Virus record (IMG/VR): IMGVR_UViG_3300017989_005288
Strand: one strand, 5' to 3'
Origin: a virus
DNA length: 64,000 bases
The notes beneath the pieces were generated by a model. It saw only the letters and a program-made list of their open reading frames with translations, had not been told where the DNA came from and did no database searches. Made by a program: the position numbers and the translations under genes. Below are positions 18,710 through 28,764 of the stretch, piece after piece; position 1 is the stretch's first letter, and each line of letters opens with the position of its first letter.

Positions 18710-19569
18710 CCAAACAACCTGTCAAACAAGTCGTCATACTCTTTTGCTCGTTTTGACCAACACCAACCATCATTATCAAAACGCTCTCTGTTTCGTTTAC
18801 CAACAAACAAGGCCAAATCCAAATCAGTCATTAGCGTCATGATTTTTTCATTCATCTGTCTTACACACTCTGCTTCAGGGTATGGAGGAACAAGCCATTC
18901 TTCATCAACTAAATATCTCGTATCACCAACATTCGTTGCAACAACAGGAACACCACAAGCAACAGCCTCCATGATAGATTGACTCATCGCTTCATTCATA
19001 GAGGGATGCACATAGCAACGAAGTGAGCGCAAAAACTCTACTTGATCATCCCGACTTCTTCCTCGCACAAAAAACTCCTTACTCCAATCTGATTTTTCCT
19101 CAACCGGATACCAGATTCTCTTCAACAGATGATAACGTTTTGCATGAGTTTTATTGCCACTCCAACCCACCTTCACACCAAGAGCCGAATCGTATGTAAA
19201 AATTTTGCCGTCTATAGCTCCTCGAATATACAGTATTTTGTCCTTGTCAAGATTGTGTTCAGCCAAAACCTCTTCGTGAAGCTCTTTTGAATTCGTCACA
19301 ACAGCAACAAAATCATGTGGTCGTGCTTCTTCCCACTCTCTAAACGGAGAACGCAAACCACACACCGTTCTATCCAACGGAGGTTTGACAAGGCAATTAT
19401 CGTATTGCCTTGAATTCATCGTGAAAAAAACATCATACTTCTCAAAAATACTGGAACCAATCTCGTCCACCCGCAAATACTCAATCTGGTGACGAGAGTA
19501 AGCCTTCCAGCCACGAGCAAAGAAAGAAAACGCCCAACCGTACTCATCAACAATGATTAGTATTTTCAT
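18706..19569 (-). CDS. GT4-like glycosyltransferase
   Basis: PS.NEAMSQSIMEAVACGVPVVATNVG; start MKILII at 19569. Confidence 0.85.
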   Translation of the reverse strand: MKILIIVDEYGWAFSFFARGWKAYSRHQIEYLRVDEIGSSIFEKYDVFFTMNSRQYDNCLVKPPLDRTVCGLRSPFREWEEARPHDFVAVVTNSKELHEEVLAEHNLDKDKILYIRGAIDGKIFTYDSALGVKVGWSGNKTHAKRYHLLKRIWYPVEEKSDWSKEFFVRGRSRDDQVEFLRSLRCYVHPSMNEAMSQSIMEAVACGVPVVATNVGDTRYLVDEEWLVPPYPEAECVRQMNEKIMTLMTDLDLALFVGKRNRERFDNDGWCWSKRAKEYDDLFDRLFG

Positions 19570-20183
19570 AGTAGATAGAGATTGCACCTTTTTATTGGGG
19601 GTTTGCACCACGTCCACACGTTGTGCTTTCTGTAAACCTGTTCACACCGACTGTAGAATTCCAAATCATTATCGCATATGCCAAGAGAGACTCCCCTTGA
19701 ACACACCCGTTGGTAACCCTCTGGAAAAGACTGGTAAGGCACCCAGTTCATCGGAATAAAAATGTCACTAACCACAACAGGTTTTCCAAATGTCATTGCA
19801 AGTTGATGCACAAGAATATGATCAATGTGACCATATTCACCTATCGGATTATGTGTGAAAATGACATCATAATCAAAAGCATTGATTTCGTCCATCATAG
19901 TGCGCAAAGCTCTTGATAATGTCTCGCCACGTGTTTCCAACCGATAAAACCCTGAGTTGTAATTCAAACAAACAAATGGAATTTCAAGCTGATTCATCAA
20001 CTCAGTCAAAGCTTCCACACGATGCTTACACCATTCTCTTTCCGGATTGTCTGCATCATTACTACAAATAAAAACTTGCTTTTCTACTTCCTTATCCTGC
20101 AAAACCGGCCAACCGCAAATGATTTCGTCATCAGGGTGAGAGAACAACAGCAGAATTTTTTTGTCTTTAAGAAAGCTCTTCAT
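19566..20183 (-). CDS. PIG-L/LmbE-family deacetylase
   Basis: SHPDDE and THNPIGEYGHIDH. Confidence 0.85.
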   Translation of the reverse strand: MKSFLKDKKILLLFSHPDDEIICGWPVLQDKEVEKQVFICSNDADNPEREWCKHRVEALTELMNQLEIPFVCLNYNSGFYRLETRGETLSRALRTMMDEINAFDYDVIFTHNPIGEYGHIDHILVHQLAMTFGKPVVVSDIFIPMNWVPYQSFPEGYQRVCSRGVSLGICDNDLEFYSRCEQVYRKHNVWTWCKPPIKRCNLYLL

Positions 20184-20784
20184 GTTTTTTCCTCAATATC
20201 AACTCAAAATTCAATCCCCCATGCTTATATAGCTTAAAACTCTTACGAGTTGAACTAAGCACTTCACAATTTGATAAATGCTCTATCACCTCGTCAGGTG
20301 ATTCAATCATTATCGTTTCATATTCACCCATTCCTGTTTTCACACCTATGTTGAGCACCATAACCCCATTCGGTTTGAGAACTCTTTCAGCCTCCAATAA
20401 AACCTTTTTCAATTCATAGCAATGATCTAATGAGTTGCTGTATACACCATCAAAAGAATCATCATCGTGATGAAGATTATGAAAATCTCCGAACTCAACC
20501 AAATCCGACAAAGGATACAAGTCAACTCCAATTGCTCTTGCATAGCCAAGTTCACGCAATGCACGAACTTCAGTGCCTAACCGCGCACCCAAACACAAAA
20601 TGGATGAACCTGATGCTGGGGGAAGTAACCCCAACAAGCCACAAGTCTCAAAATAGTCTTTGAACCTCTGAAAACGGATTTCACTTTCATCCTTGAGAGA
20701 TTCGATCACAATTGGATCACTCGTTTTTTCAACCTGCTTTGCAACATAACTTTCGTAATTTAGCTGTTCTTTCTTTTGCATCAT
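20167..20784 (-). CDS. class I SAM-dependent methyltransferase
   Basis: LCLGARLG.E, GVDL, GDFH, RVLKPNG. Confidence 0.85.
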   Translation of the reverse strand: MMQKKEQLNYESYVAKQVEKTSDPIVIESLKDESEIRFQRFKDYFETCGLLGLLPPASGSSILCLGARLGTEVRALRELGYARAIGVDLYPLSDLVEFGDFHNLHHDDDSFDGVYSNSLDHCYELKKVLLEAERVLKPNGVMVLNIGVKTGMGEYETIMIESPDEVIEHLSNCEVLSSTRKSFKLYKHGGLNFELILRKKHEELS

Positions 20785-22070
20785 GAGTACTCAATCATTA
20801 TAGAATCTACCTGCTTTGCAGATAGCTTGTACGTCCCTGCCACTAAAAGCTCTCCATCCTGCCAATCATATTCTACAAGATTTTTTTCGATCATCTCCTG
20901 ATACGTTTCTGAGACAGGAATACCAATAAATCTCATAGCTCCCAAGCTTTGCAATGAATGAGGCTTTTTTCGTATTTCCCTAACAAAACGAAGCGTATTG
21001 ATTATTTCGTCCTTTCCTTCGTTCAAAACACCAGCCATAAATCCACCAAGCCACCAAAGGCCAACCTGCGCAAAAGTATCAATAGCTTTTCTGATATCAG
21101 CTACTGTAAATCCTTTTCTTATGTATGCAAGAGTAGAGTCGTTCGCACTTTCAAAACCACAGGTAACTCCAACACAACCTGCATCTCTCATCATGCGCAA
21201 CATGTCTTCATTCATGCTATCAATACGCATCTGGCAAACCCATTGAATTCCAAGATGCTTCAACCCAAAACACATATCGATCAAACGTTTCTTGTCTATA
21301 GCAAAATGGTCCTCGCGAAAATGGACTGACTTCGTGCCATACTTTTCTATCATTTCTCTAATTTCATCTATCACTAAATCAACTGAACGCTTATTGTATC
21401 GTCGATTCCAAATAGTCCTTGACGAGCAAAATTTGCAATCAAATGGACACCCACGAGTTGACATTACAATATCAACAGGTTCCAACAAAGGCATTGGTAA
21501 AAGATCACGCCGATATTTGGTCATATCCACAACGCTACGATCCGGCGCATTCAATTCATCCAAATTCAACTCATAAACAGGTGCCTCAATACTAACCGTA
21601 TTGTTTCTTCTATAGCAAACACCGCTTACCCCAACATCTCGCTTTCCTTTATCCAACTCATCCAAAAGTTGCTGAAATGACTTCTCAGCAAGACCTCTAA
21701 CTACATAATCAAAATGTTTGATATGTTTTTCTGGCCGCACAGTAGCATTTGGGCCACCATAAACAGTTATCACTCCTTGTCTCCGAAGTACCTTAGAAAC
21801 CTTAGCTGCTTGAGGCCATTCCGTAATTGTTCCACCAAAACCAACTACATTCGGACTCTCTTTTGCAATCCGCCTTATTAACTCGGCATTGGACAATTTG
21901 GAAATGTTATTGTCAATGTACGTTATTTGATGGCCTACCGTATTTGAAACCAAAGAAAGCATACCCAAAGAGATATGAGGACGAGGACGATATTCTACAC
22001 CAGCATGAGGGTGTGCTCTGAGCAAATCATCAAGCTCAGTTTGATTCGGGTATACTAAGACAGCCTTCAT
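20781..22070 (-). CDS. cobalamin-binding radical SAM protein
   Basis: N-terminal B12-binding-like domain (GGPNAT); RGCPFDCKFC; GFES. Confidence 0.9.
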   Translation of the reverse strand: MKAVLVYPNQTELDDLLRAHPHAGVEYRPRPHISLGMLSLVSNTVGHQITYIDNNISKLSNAELIRRIAKESPNVVGFGGTITEWPQAAKVSKVLRRQGVITVYGGPNATVRPEKHIKHFDYVVRGLAEKSFQQLLDELDKGKRDVGVSGVCYRRNNTVSIEAPVYELNLDELNAPDRSVVDMTKYRRDLLPMPLLEPVDIVMSTRGCPFDCKFCSSRTIWNRRYNKRSVDLVIDEIREMIEKYGTKSVHFREDHFAIDKKRLIDMCFGLKHLGIQWVCQMRIDSMNEDMLRMMRDAGCVGVTCGFESANDSTLAYIRKGFTVADIRKAIDTFAQVGLWWLGGFMAGVLNEGKDEIINTLRFVREIRKKPHSLQSLGAMRFIGIPVSETYQEMIEKNLVEYDWQDGELLVAGTYKLSAKQVDSIMIEYS

Positions 22071-22083
22071 CCTCTACCCACAA

Positions 22084-22815
22084 TCACAATAGCTTCTCTC
22101 TAAATTCCCGATTGAATCTTTCCATACATGGCTGGTGACCAACGTGCAAAGCTAATGGACGCTTTATATCCACAGTTCCAATACACGCAAGCCAATTCAT
22201 CGGCAAACAATAAGGAGCATGTTGTGTTCTCCAAATCGTTCTATAAAGCCCAGCTTGCCCACGCGAAGGGTGATTCAATTGTTCTTCAATCAATACTTCC
22301 AAAAACCAACCCCATTTTTGAAAATGATTGAACATTACACCCATATTCATTGCTGTCATGTATGAAGGCATCTCAGCAAGAAATTGTTTGTCATAATCTA
22401 AAACGTCTTCGCCAATATCAACATCTCCCATATCGCCTTCGAATGTCTTGATAAATGCTCGTTCATTCTGCACCAAGCATAATCCGTAATGTTCAGCAAT
22501 CTTAAACCCCTCGAAAAAGCCTTCGTGAACGATATATACGTCATTGTCAAGATACAGTGTTAAATCAAATGGAGACTCTTTCAATGCCATTAACCGCCAT
22601 AAGCTGCTATTTCTGTTTTCTTCCCTACGCGGATATTCAATCCGCTTATAATGTCTCAACTCCACGTCATGCGGCATTACTCCAAGTTTTTCTCCCGGAA
22701 TGTCATGGTAAACCAACACAGGCAAATCAGGTTTGAAATGTCTCAGCAGCTTAAACGACACATGAAAATGCGATATATCTCTCTCGCCAACGATCACATA
22801 AACAACACCATCCAT
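22084..22815 (-). CDS. GT-A nucleotide-diphospho-sugar transferase-like protein
   Basis: SPFDLTLYLDND (DxD). Confidence 0.65.
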   Translation of the reverse strand: MDGVVYVIVGERDISHFHVSFKLLRHFKPDLPVLVYHDIPGEKLGVMPHDVELRHYKRIEYPRREENRNSSLWRLMALKESPFDLTLYLDNDVYIVHEGFFEGFKIAEHYGLCLVQNERAFIKTFEGDMGDVDIGEDVLDYDKQFLAEMPSYMTAMNMGVMFNHFQKWGWFLEVLIEEQLNHPSRGQAGLYRTIWRTQHAPYCLPMNWLACIGTVDIKRPLALHVGHQPCMERFNREFREKLL

Positions 22816-23397
22816 TTACTTTCCTTTCGGAGTAATGTACAGAACGCCACGTCTATCACCTTCAGCAACCTCGTTATAATGAAAATCAAAACCCTTTCTG
22901 TAAATTGGCGGTAACAAATCTTGGACATACTGAAAACAAAGTATCTGGCCATTGTACTCGTCAAAACCAAAATCTTTCCCAGGCACTTGACAATCGTGAA
23001 TACAAATCACAGGGTTGCATACATTACTCTCTGCTATCACTCTCAGCTCATCTCTCAAAGGCCAATAACTATGCCAATGGGCATCAAGATAAAACAGAAT
23101 ATGATCCTTAACGTTTGACAAAATTTGTTTCAAAACATCAGGAGAATTACCGAGGAAAGGCAAAATTTTTGAATGCTCTACCAAATGTTGATTTGCTTTC
23201 CAAACCTCTTCATTCACTTCTATTGTGCAAACTGTTCCACTCTGACCCATCATCTCAGCAAGAGCAACCGCACTAACTCCCCGATTTGTACCTGTCTCAA
23301 CAATCGTTCTAATTTCATACTCTGTAACAAGTCGCTGAATTTCATCGCGAATATGCCAATCACCCGCAAACGCTTTGAAGTTCTTTTGCAAGTGCAC
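22816..23397 (-). CDS. class I SAM-dependent methyltransferase-like protein
   Basis: VETGTNRG, FYLDAH, IHDC. Confidence 0.75.
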   Translation of the reverse strand: MHLQKNFKAFAGDWHIRDEIQRLVTEYEIRTIVETGTNRGVSAVALAEMMGQSGTVCTIEVNEEVWKANQHLVEHSKILPFLGNSPDVLKQILSNVKDHILFYLDAHWHSYWPLRDELRVIAESNVCNPVICIHDCQVPGKDFGFDEYNGQILCFQYVQDLLPPIYRKGFDFHYNEVAEGDRRGVLYITPKGK

Positions 23398-24235
23398 GTA
23401 TCTGCTCCGCTCTTTTTTCTACTGTATGACGTTCTCGAATCATCTCTTGTGCGGTTCTTCCAATTGGCCTCCATTGGTCTGTTTGCAAAATTTTTCGAAT
23501 ATCACCTAAGTACGGTAATTCAAGATACGTTTCTCCATCAATAAAACCAAGCTCCTGCATATGTGGCATTCTAAAGCTCACAAGACACGCCCCACAAGCA
23601 CACACTTCATAGTATTTCGGTGGAATAAACCGATCATAAATTCCACCACTGAAATAGTACTTCGTAACTGCCAATGACTCTCTATATTTCTCGTTTGACA
23701 AAGGGTAGTCCCCAAATTTATTCGAACAAGACAAGACAAAGTCTTCTCGATTCATTGCCACGAGGTAATTGAATATTTGAGTACGCGAAGGATAGATCGA
23801 ACCTATACAACCTGAACACATTGCAAGAATTGTCTTCTCCTGATAACTTGGAACTTTCACAACAAACCACGGTAAGAATACAACTCTACATCCAATTTTT
23901 TCACCGAACTCAACCAAATCTTCAGGACAAGTTTGCAAACAACAAAGCAAATCCGGTTGGACAGCCTCCAACCATTCTTTTACTTTAGTTTCATTCCCAA
24001 TGTAGTCACTCAAAAAAGCATAAACAAATTTTGCAGGCTTCTTCTTTGGGACCGCCCACATATGACAATAAGCAATATCATAGTCGCCATCAACATCATA
24101 GGTGGTAACTCCACGAGGTAATGGCACCAGAGTGGCATCGCCAATAGCTTTTGGCAAAGCAATTCCTATTCCATCTGTCCAAAATGTCCAATGGTCACCA
24201 ACACTACTTTGAGCGTAATAAGAGACAACTCTCAT
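23360..24235 (-). CDS. glycosyltransferase (CgeB/Glyco_trans_1_2-like)
   Basis: KYYEVCACGACL...FIDGETY...HT...RA; start MRVVSYY at 24235. Confidence 0.7.
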   Translation of the reverse strand: MRVVSYYAQSSVGDHWTFWTDGIGIALPKAIGDATLVPLPRGVTTYDVDGDYDIAYCHMWAVPKKKPAKFVYAFLSDYIGNETKVKEWLEAVQPDLLCCLQTCPEDLVEFGEKIGCRVVFLPWFVVKVPSYQEKTILAMCSGCIGSIYPSRTQIFNYLVAMNREDFVLSCSNKFGDYPLSNEKYRESLAVTKYYFSGGIYDRFIPPKYYEVCACGACLVSFRMPHMQELGFIDGETYLELPYLGDIRKILQTDQWRPIGRTAQEMIRERHTVEKRAEQIRALAKELQSVCG

Positions 24236-24990
24236 ACCCTTACCTTTTGAACCAAAACCTCTTTCAGCTTCCCTTTGAAATGAAGAATCTTGTAGCACGT
24301 ATCTCCTACCCTGCTAAGAATATCCTTTTTGGATCGTTCAAACGATTTCGGATCATTATACTCGACACTTGGACAGTAGTTGTAATGAGCTGTCAAGCTT
24401 TTTACTCTGCAATCAAAAGGCAATTTATGGTCATGCACGCAGCAAAGAAAATCCTGATCACACCACCAATCCAATGGTCCATTATTTACTTCGTCAGGCG
24501 GATGTTGCCATTTTTCCTTGAAGGCAACATATGGTTTCCACGTCGAAGTTTGAATTTGCTCCACAAAGAAATCAAGAAAACGCTTTATCTTATCCCCGTA
24601 AACAAATCCCCACACACCACCATTCACAACATACCAGTATTCATAATGGCGTTCAGTCAAAAATAAATCAGCACCTTCAAGTGCACTAAAAATATCCCCT
24701 TGGAAATAGAGGTCCGTATCTAACACAAAAACTTTGTCTCCATCCTGAAAGGGCATAGATCGCAATCTCTCCACTTTACAAAACATACGCCGACCTACCC
24801 AATCTTCAGGAGACACATCAAAAAACTCAATTTTCCCGTTTGCCCAAAACTGTGCAAAGCTTTTGTGATCTTCAGACAAATCAACACCGTTAAACAAAAT
24901 GCTACACTTGTTACGTTTTACCAAAGATGAGAACAACCTTTTAGCAATCTCTTCATCCATAGTATCGCTAATCATATAAGCGTAATTCAT
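24232..24990 (-). CDS. GT-A nucleotide-diphospho-sugar transferase-like protein
   Basis: VLDTDLYF (DxD), VNGGV, DQDFL; start MNYAYM at 24990. Confidence 0.7.
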   Translation of the reverse strand: MNYAYMISDTMDEEIAKRLFSSLVKRNKCSILFNGVDLSEDHKSFAQFWANGKIEFFDVSPEDWVGRRMFCKVERLRSMPFQDGDKVFVLDTDLYFQGDIFSALEGADLFLTERHYEYWYVVNGGVWGFVYGDKIKRFLDFFVEQIQTSTWKPYVAFKEKWQHPPDEVNNGPLDWWCDQDFLCCVHDHKLPFDCRVKSLTAHYNYCPSVEYNDPKSFERSKKDILSRVGDTCYKILHFKGKLKEVLVQKVRV

Positions 24991-25769
24991 GGTACTATCC
25001 TTTCGCCCTCCCAAATATATCCCATTTGACGATACTTTTCCACGTTGTTCAATATGTATTGAGGATAGCTCTGATCGACAGAAACAACTGTTGTAAATTG
25101 AGTATTCAAATCGCAAAATGAACGCTTCCTCGCAATTGCCTGCTCCACAATAGCATGATGACCAGCTGTGTTTAGTTCTTGATGAGCAAATGCTTCAAGT
25201 TTCTTGTGAACTTGTTCGGGACCACCCAAATAAGAAAAATGCCAACCACCCTTTACTTTGTGGTTACAACCAGCATGGCGAAAATCCGACAACGTATTTT
25301 TGCTATTTTTGAAAACTCTCCAAGGAATCACATAGGCATGTGCCCAATCCCAGTTTGCCACAATATTGAAATAGTAATAATAGCAAACATGACCGATCCT
25401 AATAAAACGATTTTGTTTCATTGCCTTTATCAATGAATTGGGAGCAGAAATTTCATCTGCATCAGAAACATGGAGGAAATCACCATCCTTAGCATCAGTC
25501 AAACCGCGCACTAAAGCATTACGTTGATGGCGTTCTCTTACCCAATGGTCCTTATCTTGCGGGACATCATCCACAACTACATGAATAATCCTGTCCTTAA
25601 ACGCACTAAATCTTTCTTCGTTTTCCTTGAAATAGAGCGGTTTTGGCTTGTTGCTATGAGTCCGAGTACTCTCAGCAATAACAAATTTCCCAACAACATC
25701 CTTCAATATGTTCAAACGCATATCCAGGATTTCCAGCTCATTGAAAAAAGGAAAGCAATCATAGATCAT
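24987..25769 (-). CDS. GT17-family (MGAT3-like) glycosyltransferase
   Basis: YDCFPFFNELEIL.MR, W.RE.HQRN, SDADEI, GGWHFSY. Confidence 0.85.
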   Translation of the reverse strand: MIYDCFPFFNELEILDMRLNILKDVVGKFVIAESTRTHSNKPKPLYFKENEERFSAFKDRIIHVVVDDVPQDKDHWVRERHQRNALVRGLTDAKDGDFLHVSDADEISAPNSLIKAMKQNRFIRIGHVCYYYYFNIVANWDWAHAYVIPWRVFKNSKNTLSDFRHAGCNHKVKGGWHFSYLGGPEQVHKKLEAFAHQELNTAGHHAIVEQAIARKRSFCDLNTQFTTVVSVDQSYPQYILNNVEKYRQMGYIWEGERIVP

Positions 25770-26551
25770 TTTCTGTTACCCCATCGAGAAATGACACTGG
25801 GTTGATGTGAGGGGCCGTCATAAGGTATGATTTTGTCTGTAACCGCAAATTTGTCGTAAAAGGCAATTATGTCTTCAGACGGATTTTTAGCTTCATCCAA
25901 CAATCTCTGATCTGGAAGACCATCCACTCCAACAAACAGTTCTTGCTGAAATCTCGTCTCTTTCTCCACCATTGTCTGAATATCACGAACAAAACCATAA
26001 TGGTTCACTTGAACCTCAGAACGAAATTCTCTTCCTTGACCTCCCATCAAACCGCAGCCATCCATTCCACTTTGCCAACCCATTCCTCTTCGTGCAACTC
26101 TATGAATTTGGTCATACAATTTTCCGAGAATCTTTCGTTCAAGCGTTGCATACAAGTGATTAAACTTCAAAAGAACCACTCCAATTGCTGGAGGAAGTTT
26201 TGGAAGAACATCCCTCAGTTTGGCAGCTTCTCCAACCGGCATTACTTCATCCATATCAACCGACCAAAACCAATCTGATCTAACCGCATCAATCGCTTTG
26301 TTCGCAAGCCGTACCATGTTAACATAGTTCTCAGTTGGCGAAATTCTCCACTTGTCATAGAGCAGTTTCAGACGTCCACCAAACTCTCGTTCCAGCTCAC
26401 GACAAAACTCAACCGTGCTGTCTTCCGAATCCTCGCACACAACAAGTATGAATTCATCAGCACCCTCAAGTACGGACTCAATACACTCTTTCAATGGAAA
26501 ATCATACTTCACACCATTGAATATCTTCCCTATACCAGTAAGCAATGTCAT
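25766..26551 (-). CDS. GT2-family glycosyltransferase
   Basis: DSEDST, VDMDE, HYGFV. Confidence 0.8.
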   Translation of the reverse strand: MTLLTGIGKIFNGVKYDFPLKECIESVLEGADEFILVVCEDSEDSTVEFCRELEREFGGRLKLLYDKWRISPTENYVNMVRLANKAIDAVRSDWFWSVDMDEVMPVGEAAKLRDVLPKLPPAIGVVLLKFNHLYATLERKILGKLYDQIHRVARRGMGWQSGMDGCGLMGGQGREFRSEVQVNHYGFVRDIQTMVEKETRFQQELFVGVDGLPDQRLLDEAKNPSEDIIAFYDKFAVTDKIIPYDGPSHQPSVISRWGNRK

Positions 26552-26784
26552 GTTGCACTTCTCCGGTTAGCAACTGCTCGCGAGATATCACCTTCCTTAT
26601 CAATGAAATACAAAAAACCAGCCTCTTTTTCAACACCAACCACTTTCACTTTTTCTGGAGAATCCACTGGCGCAGTACTACCCCGACGAACCATTTTTGC
26701 TCGTGAAACATCCCCTTCCTTATCGAGGAAATACAAAAATCCTTTTTCCTTTTTCACACCTACTTCTTTTACTTTCTCAGCCAT
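26548..26784 (-). CDS. small basic two-repeat protein, Cc1-like chromatin/DNA-binding protein
   Basis: Duplicated VK.VGV.KE.GFLYF.DKEGD.SRA unit; family recalled from memory, not searched. Confidence 0.55.
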   Translation of the reverse strand: MAEKVKEVGVKKEKGFLYFLDKEGDVSRAKMVRRGSTAPVDSPEKVKVVGVEKEAGFLYFIDKEGDISRAVANRRSAT

Positions 26785-26788
26785 TATG

Positions 26789-27274
26789 CTACCCTTTCTT
26801 TTGTGCTGCAACAAAAAAACTGTAATCCTCGTGCTTTGCTATGGTCTCGACCACTTCAAGACTATCAGGCAACAGAGGCAAAAACTCTTCCAATATCCAC
26901 ATATGTCTATGCTCTACATTTGGCGTTGTATACAACACTCTATCAGGTAAATAGATCACAACAAAACCACCAGGAATTACTACTCGAACCATCTCCTCAA
27001 TCATGCATTGAGGGTCTTCAAGATGCTCTAAAAAATGACTGGAATAAACATAATCAAAGCTGTTAGAATTGAACAAAATCAAATCAAATACTTTTCGTTT
27101 GATGTTTACTACCGACAAATCCCTCCACTCTTTTACACCCTTATGAATAATGTCCATCCCAGCATCTATGCCAAGTGCTTCTTGACAAATTTTTTCATCC
27201 CCACATCCCAAGTCTATACCACACCCCTTGCAGTATTTTATAGCGATTGACCTAATTTTAGACGTTTCGTTCAC
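26789..27274 (-). CDS. class I SAM-dependent methyltransferase
   Basis: IDLGCG, YSSHFLEH, RVVIPGG; probable GTG start at 27274. Confidence 0.85.
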   Translation of the reverse strand: MNETSKIRSIAIKYCKGCGIDLGCGDEKICQEALGIDAGMDIIHKGVKEWRDLSVVNIKRKVFDLILFNSNSFDYVYSSHFLEHLEDPQCMIEEMVRVVIPGGFVVIYLPDRVLYTTPNVEHRHMWILEEFLPLLPDSLEVVETIAKHEDYSFFVAAQKKG

Positions 27275-28448
27275 GTAGTTTCTCTTTCCACTTTCGTTGG
27301 AGATAGAGCTTATTTTTTCGCTCACAACCATCTGTAAGCAGCTTCATTTCCTTACCAGACGATTTGCTGGTTTGCGAACCAATATGCTTTACATTAGCAT
27401 GCACTTCTTTGACCTTAAAACCATGATAGATCAAATTGGTAGACAGGTCTGAATCCTCGCAATACGCAAATTCTACTTCAGTATCAAACAACCCAAACCT
27501 CTTATAAATACGTCGAGGAATGACAAAGCACCAACCCTCAATATATGGACGTCTGGTTGGCCTACGAGTAAAGCTAAAATCCTTAGCAAGGTAAGCTATT
27601 GATGGACCAACCTGAGCCAGCTTCTTATCTGCTTTCAATTCATTCAACATATAAGCTGCCCAATCTTGCTTGACTATCGTATCATCATTCAATATACACA
27701 AAAATTCACCACGAGAAATTGCTGCACCCATGTTACACGGTAACACATAGCCAGCAAAATATGGAATACGAATCAAAAAATGGTTAGGATACAAAGACAG
27801 CAATTTAGCTGTCTGTAAAGCAAACCCAATATCAGGTGAATTTACCACGATAATTAGTTCATAATCCTCGGTATGAGCGCGAATACTATCTATACAGTTC
27901 TTCAGATGATCTAAACGCTTTGCCGTGGGAATAACAATGCTTAACTCCGGTTTTTCCTTGTTGGCTACTTGAGCACCAATTGTAGCAGCTTGAATATCTT
28001 GTTGAGGTACTGCAACGTGGTCGTCCTCCTCTTTCCCATAATGAAGTATGCAACACAACTCACCACGTTGAATTCTGCCATTCTGTCGCAACCACATATC
28101 TTTATGCAAAGTTGTCCCAAACTTAGCAGTCACTGAACTTCCATGTACGCCATCAGTAGAGTACAATTTGATTTCATAAGTACGACCTGGCACAACTTTT
28201 TGGTCAACAAGAATCAAATAGAACTGATTATCAGAAAGCTCAGATGCTTTGAAAGTAACAGATTTGAGAGATGTGGAATGCTCGTAAATCTCAAGCACCA
28301 ACGTACTGTTATTGCGTCTACAATACGTTGCAAACTCGATACTGACCGCTCTTAAACAGTTTCCAGCAGCAACAAAAGGCTGCTGGATTATTTTTCCTTT
28401 AATCAACTCGCCTGTCAATTGTGACGAGTCACCAAACCGTTCAATCAT
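27258..28448 (-). CDS. GT2-family glycosyltransferase with N-terminal beta-rich domain
   Basis: LSIVIPT, ILNDD, YCEDSD. Confidence 0.85.
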   Translation of the reverse strand: MIERFGDSSQLTGELIKGKIIQQPFVAAGNCLRAVSIEFATYCRRNNSTLVLEIYEHSTSLKSVTFKASELSDNQFYLILVDQKVVPGRTYEIKLYSTDGVHGSSVTAKFGTTLHKDMWLRQNGRIQRGELCCILHYGKEEDDHVAVPQQDIQAATIGAQVANKEKPELSIVIPTAKRLDHLKNCIDSIRAHTEDYELIIVVNSPDIGFALQTAKLLSLYPNHFLIRIPYFAGYVLPCNMGAAISRGEFLCILNDDTIVKQDWAAYMLNELKADKKLAQVGPSIAYLAKDFSFTRRPTRRPYIEGWCFVIPRRIYKRFGLFDTEVEFAYCEDSDLSTNLIYHGFKVKEVHANVKHIGSQTSKSSGKEMKLLTDGCERKNKLYLQRKWKEKLRERNV

Positions 28449-28452
28449 ATTA

Positions 28453-28755
28453 TCAGCCTCGTGCTGTACTACGCAAATATCTCAGTCTTCTATTAAGCTT
28501 TATGAAGTCTTCACGTCCCCACCCACGAAAAGCTCTTGTGCGAGTTAGATTACCAGTATCTCTCCCACGTGATGCAATTTCATCAATCTGGTTAAACAAA
28601 GTTGCTCTTTCTGGCATCGGCAATGGACTGCGTTGCAATTCAAAAAACCTTTTTGCAACTTCAGTATTGGTAACTTGTGACCCCGTTTGAACATACCCTA
28701 ACAAAAATTTCGCTATTCTAACAAGCTCACAAGCAATTTTACGTTCCATATTCAT
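28453..28755 (-). CDS. hypothetical protein with N-terminal IAxELxRIA motif
   Basis: MERKIACELVRIAKFLL. Confidence 0.7.
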   Translation of the reverse strand: MNMERKIACELVRIAKFLLGYVQTGSQVTNTEVAKRFFELQRSPLPMPERATLFNQIDEIASRGRDTGNLTRTRAFRGWGREDFIKLNRRLRYLRSTARG

Positions 28756-28764
28756 AAGTCGTCC

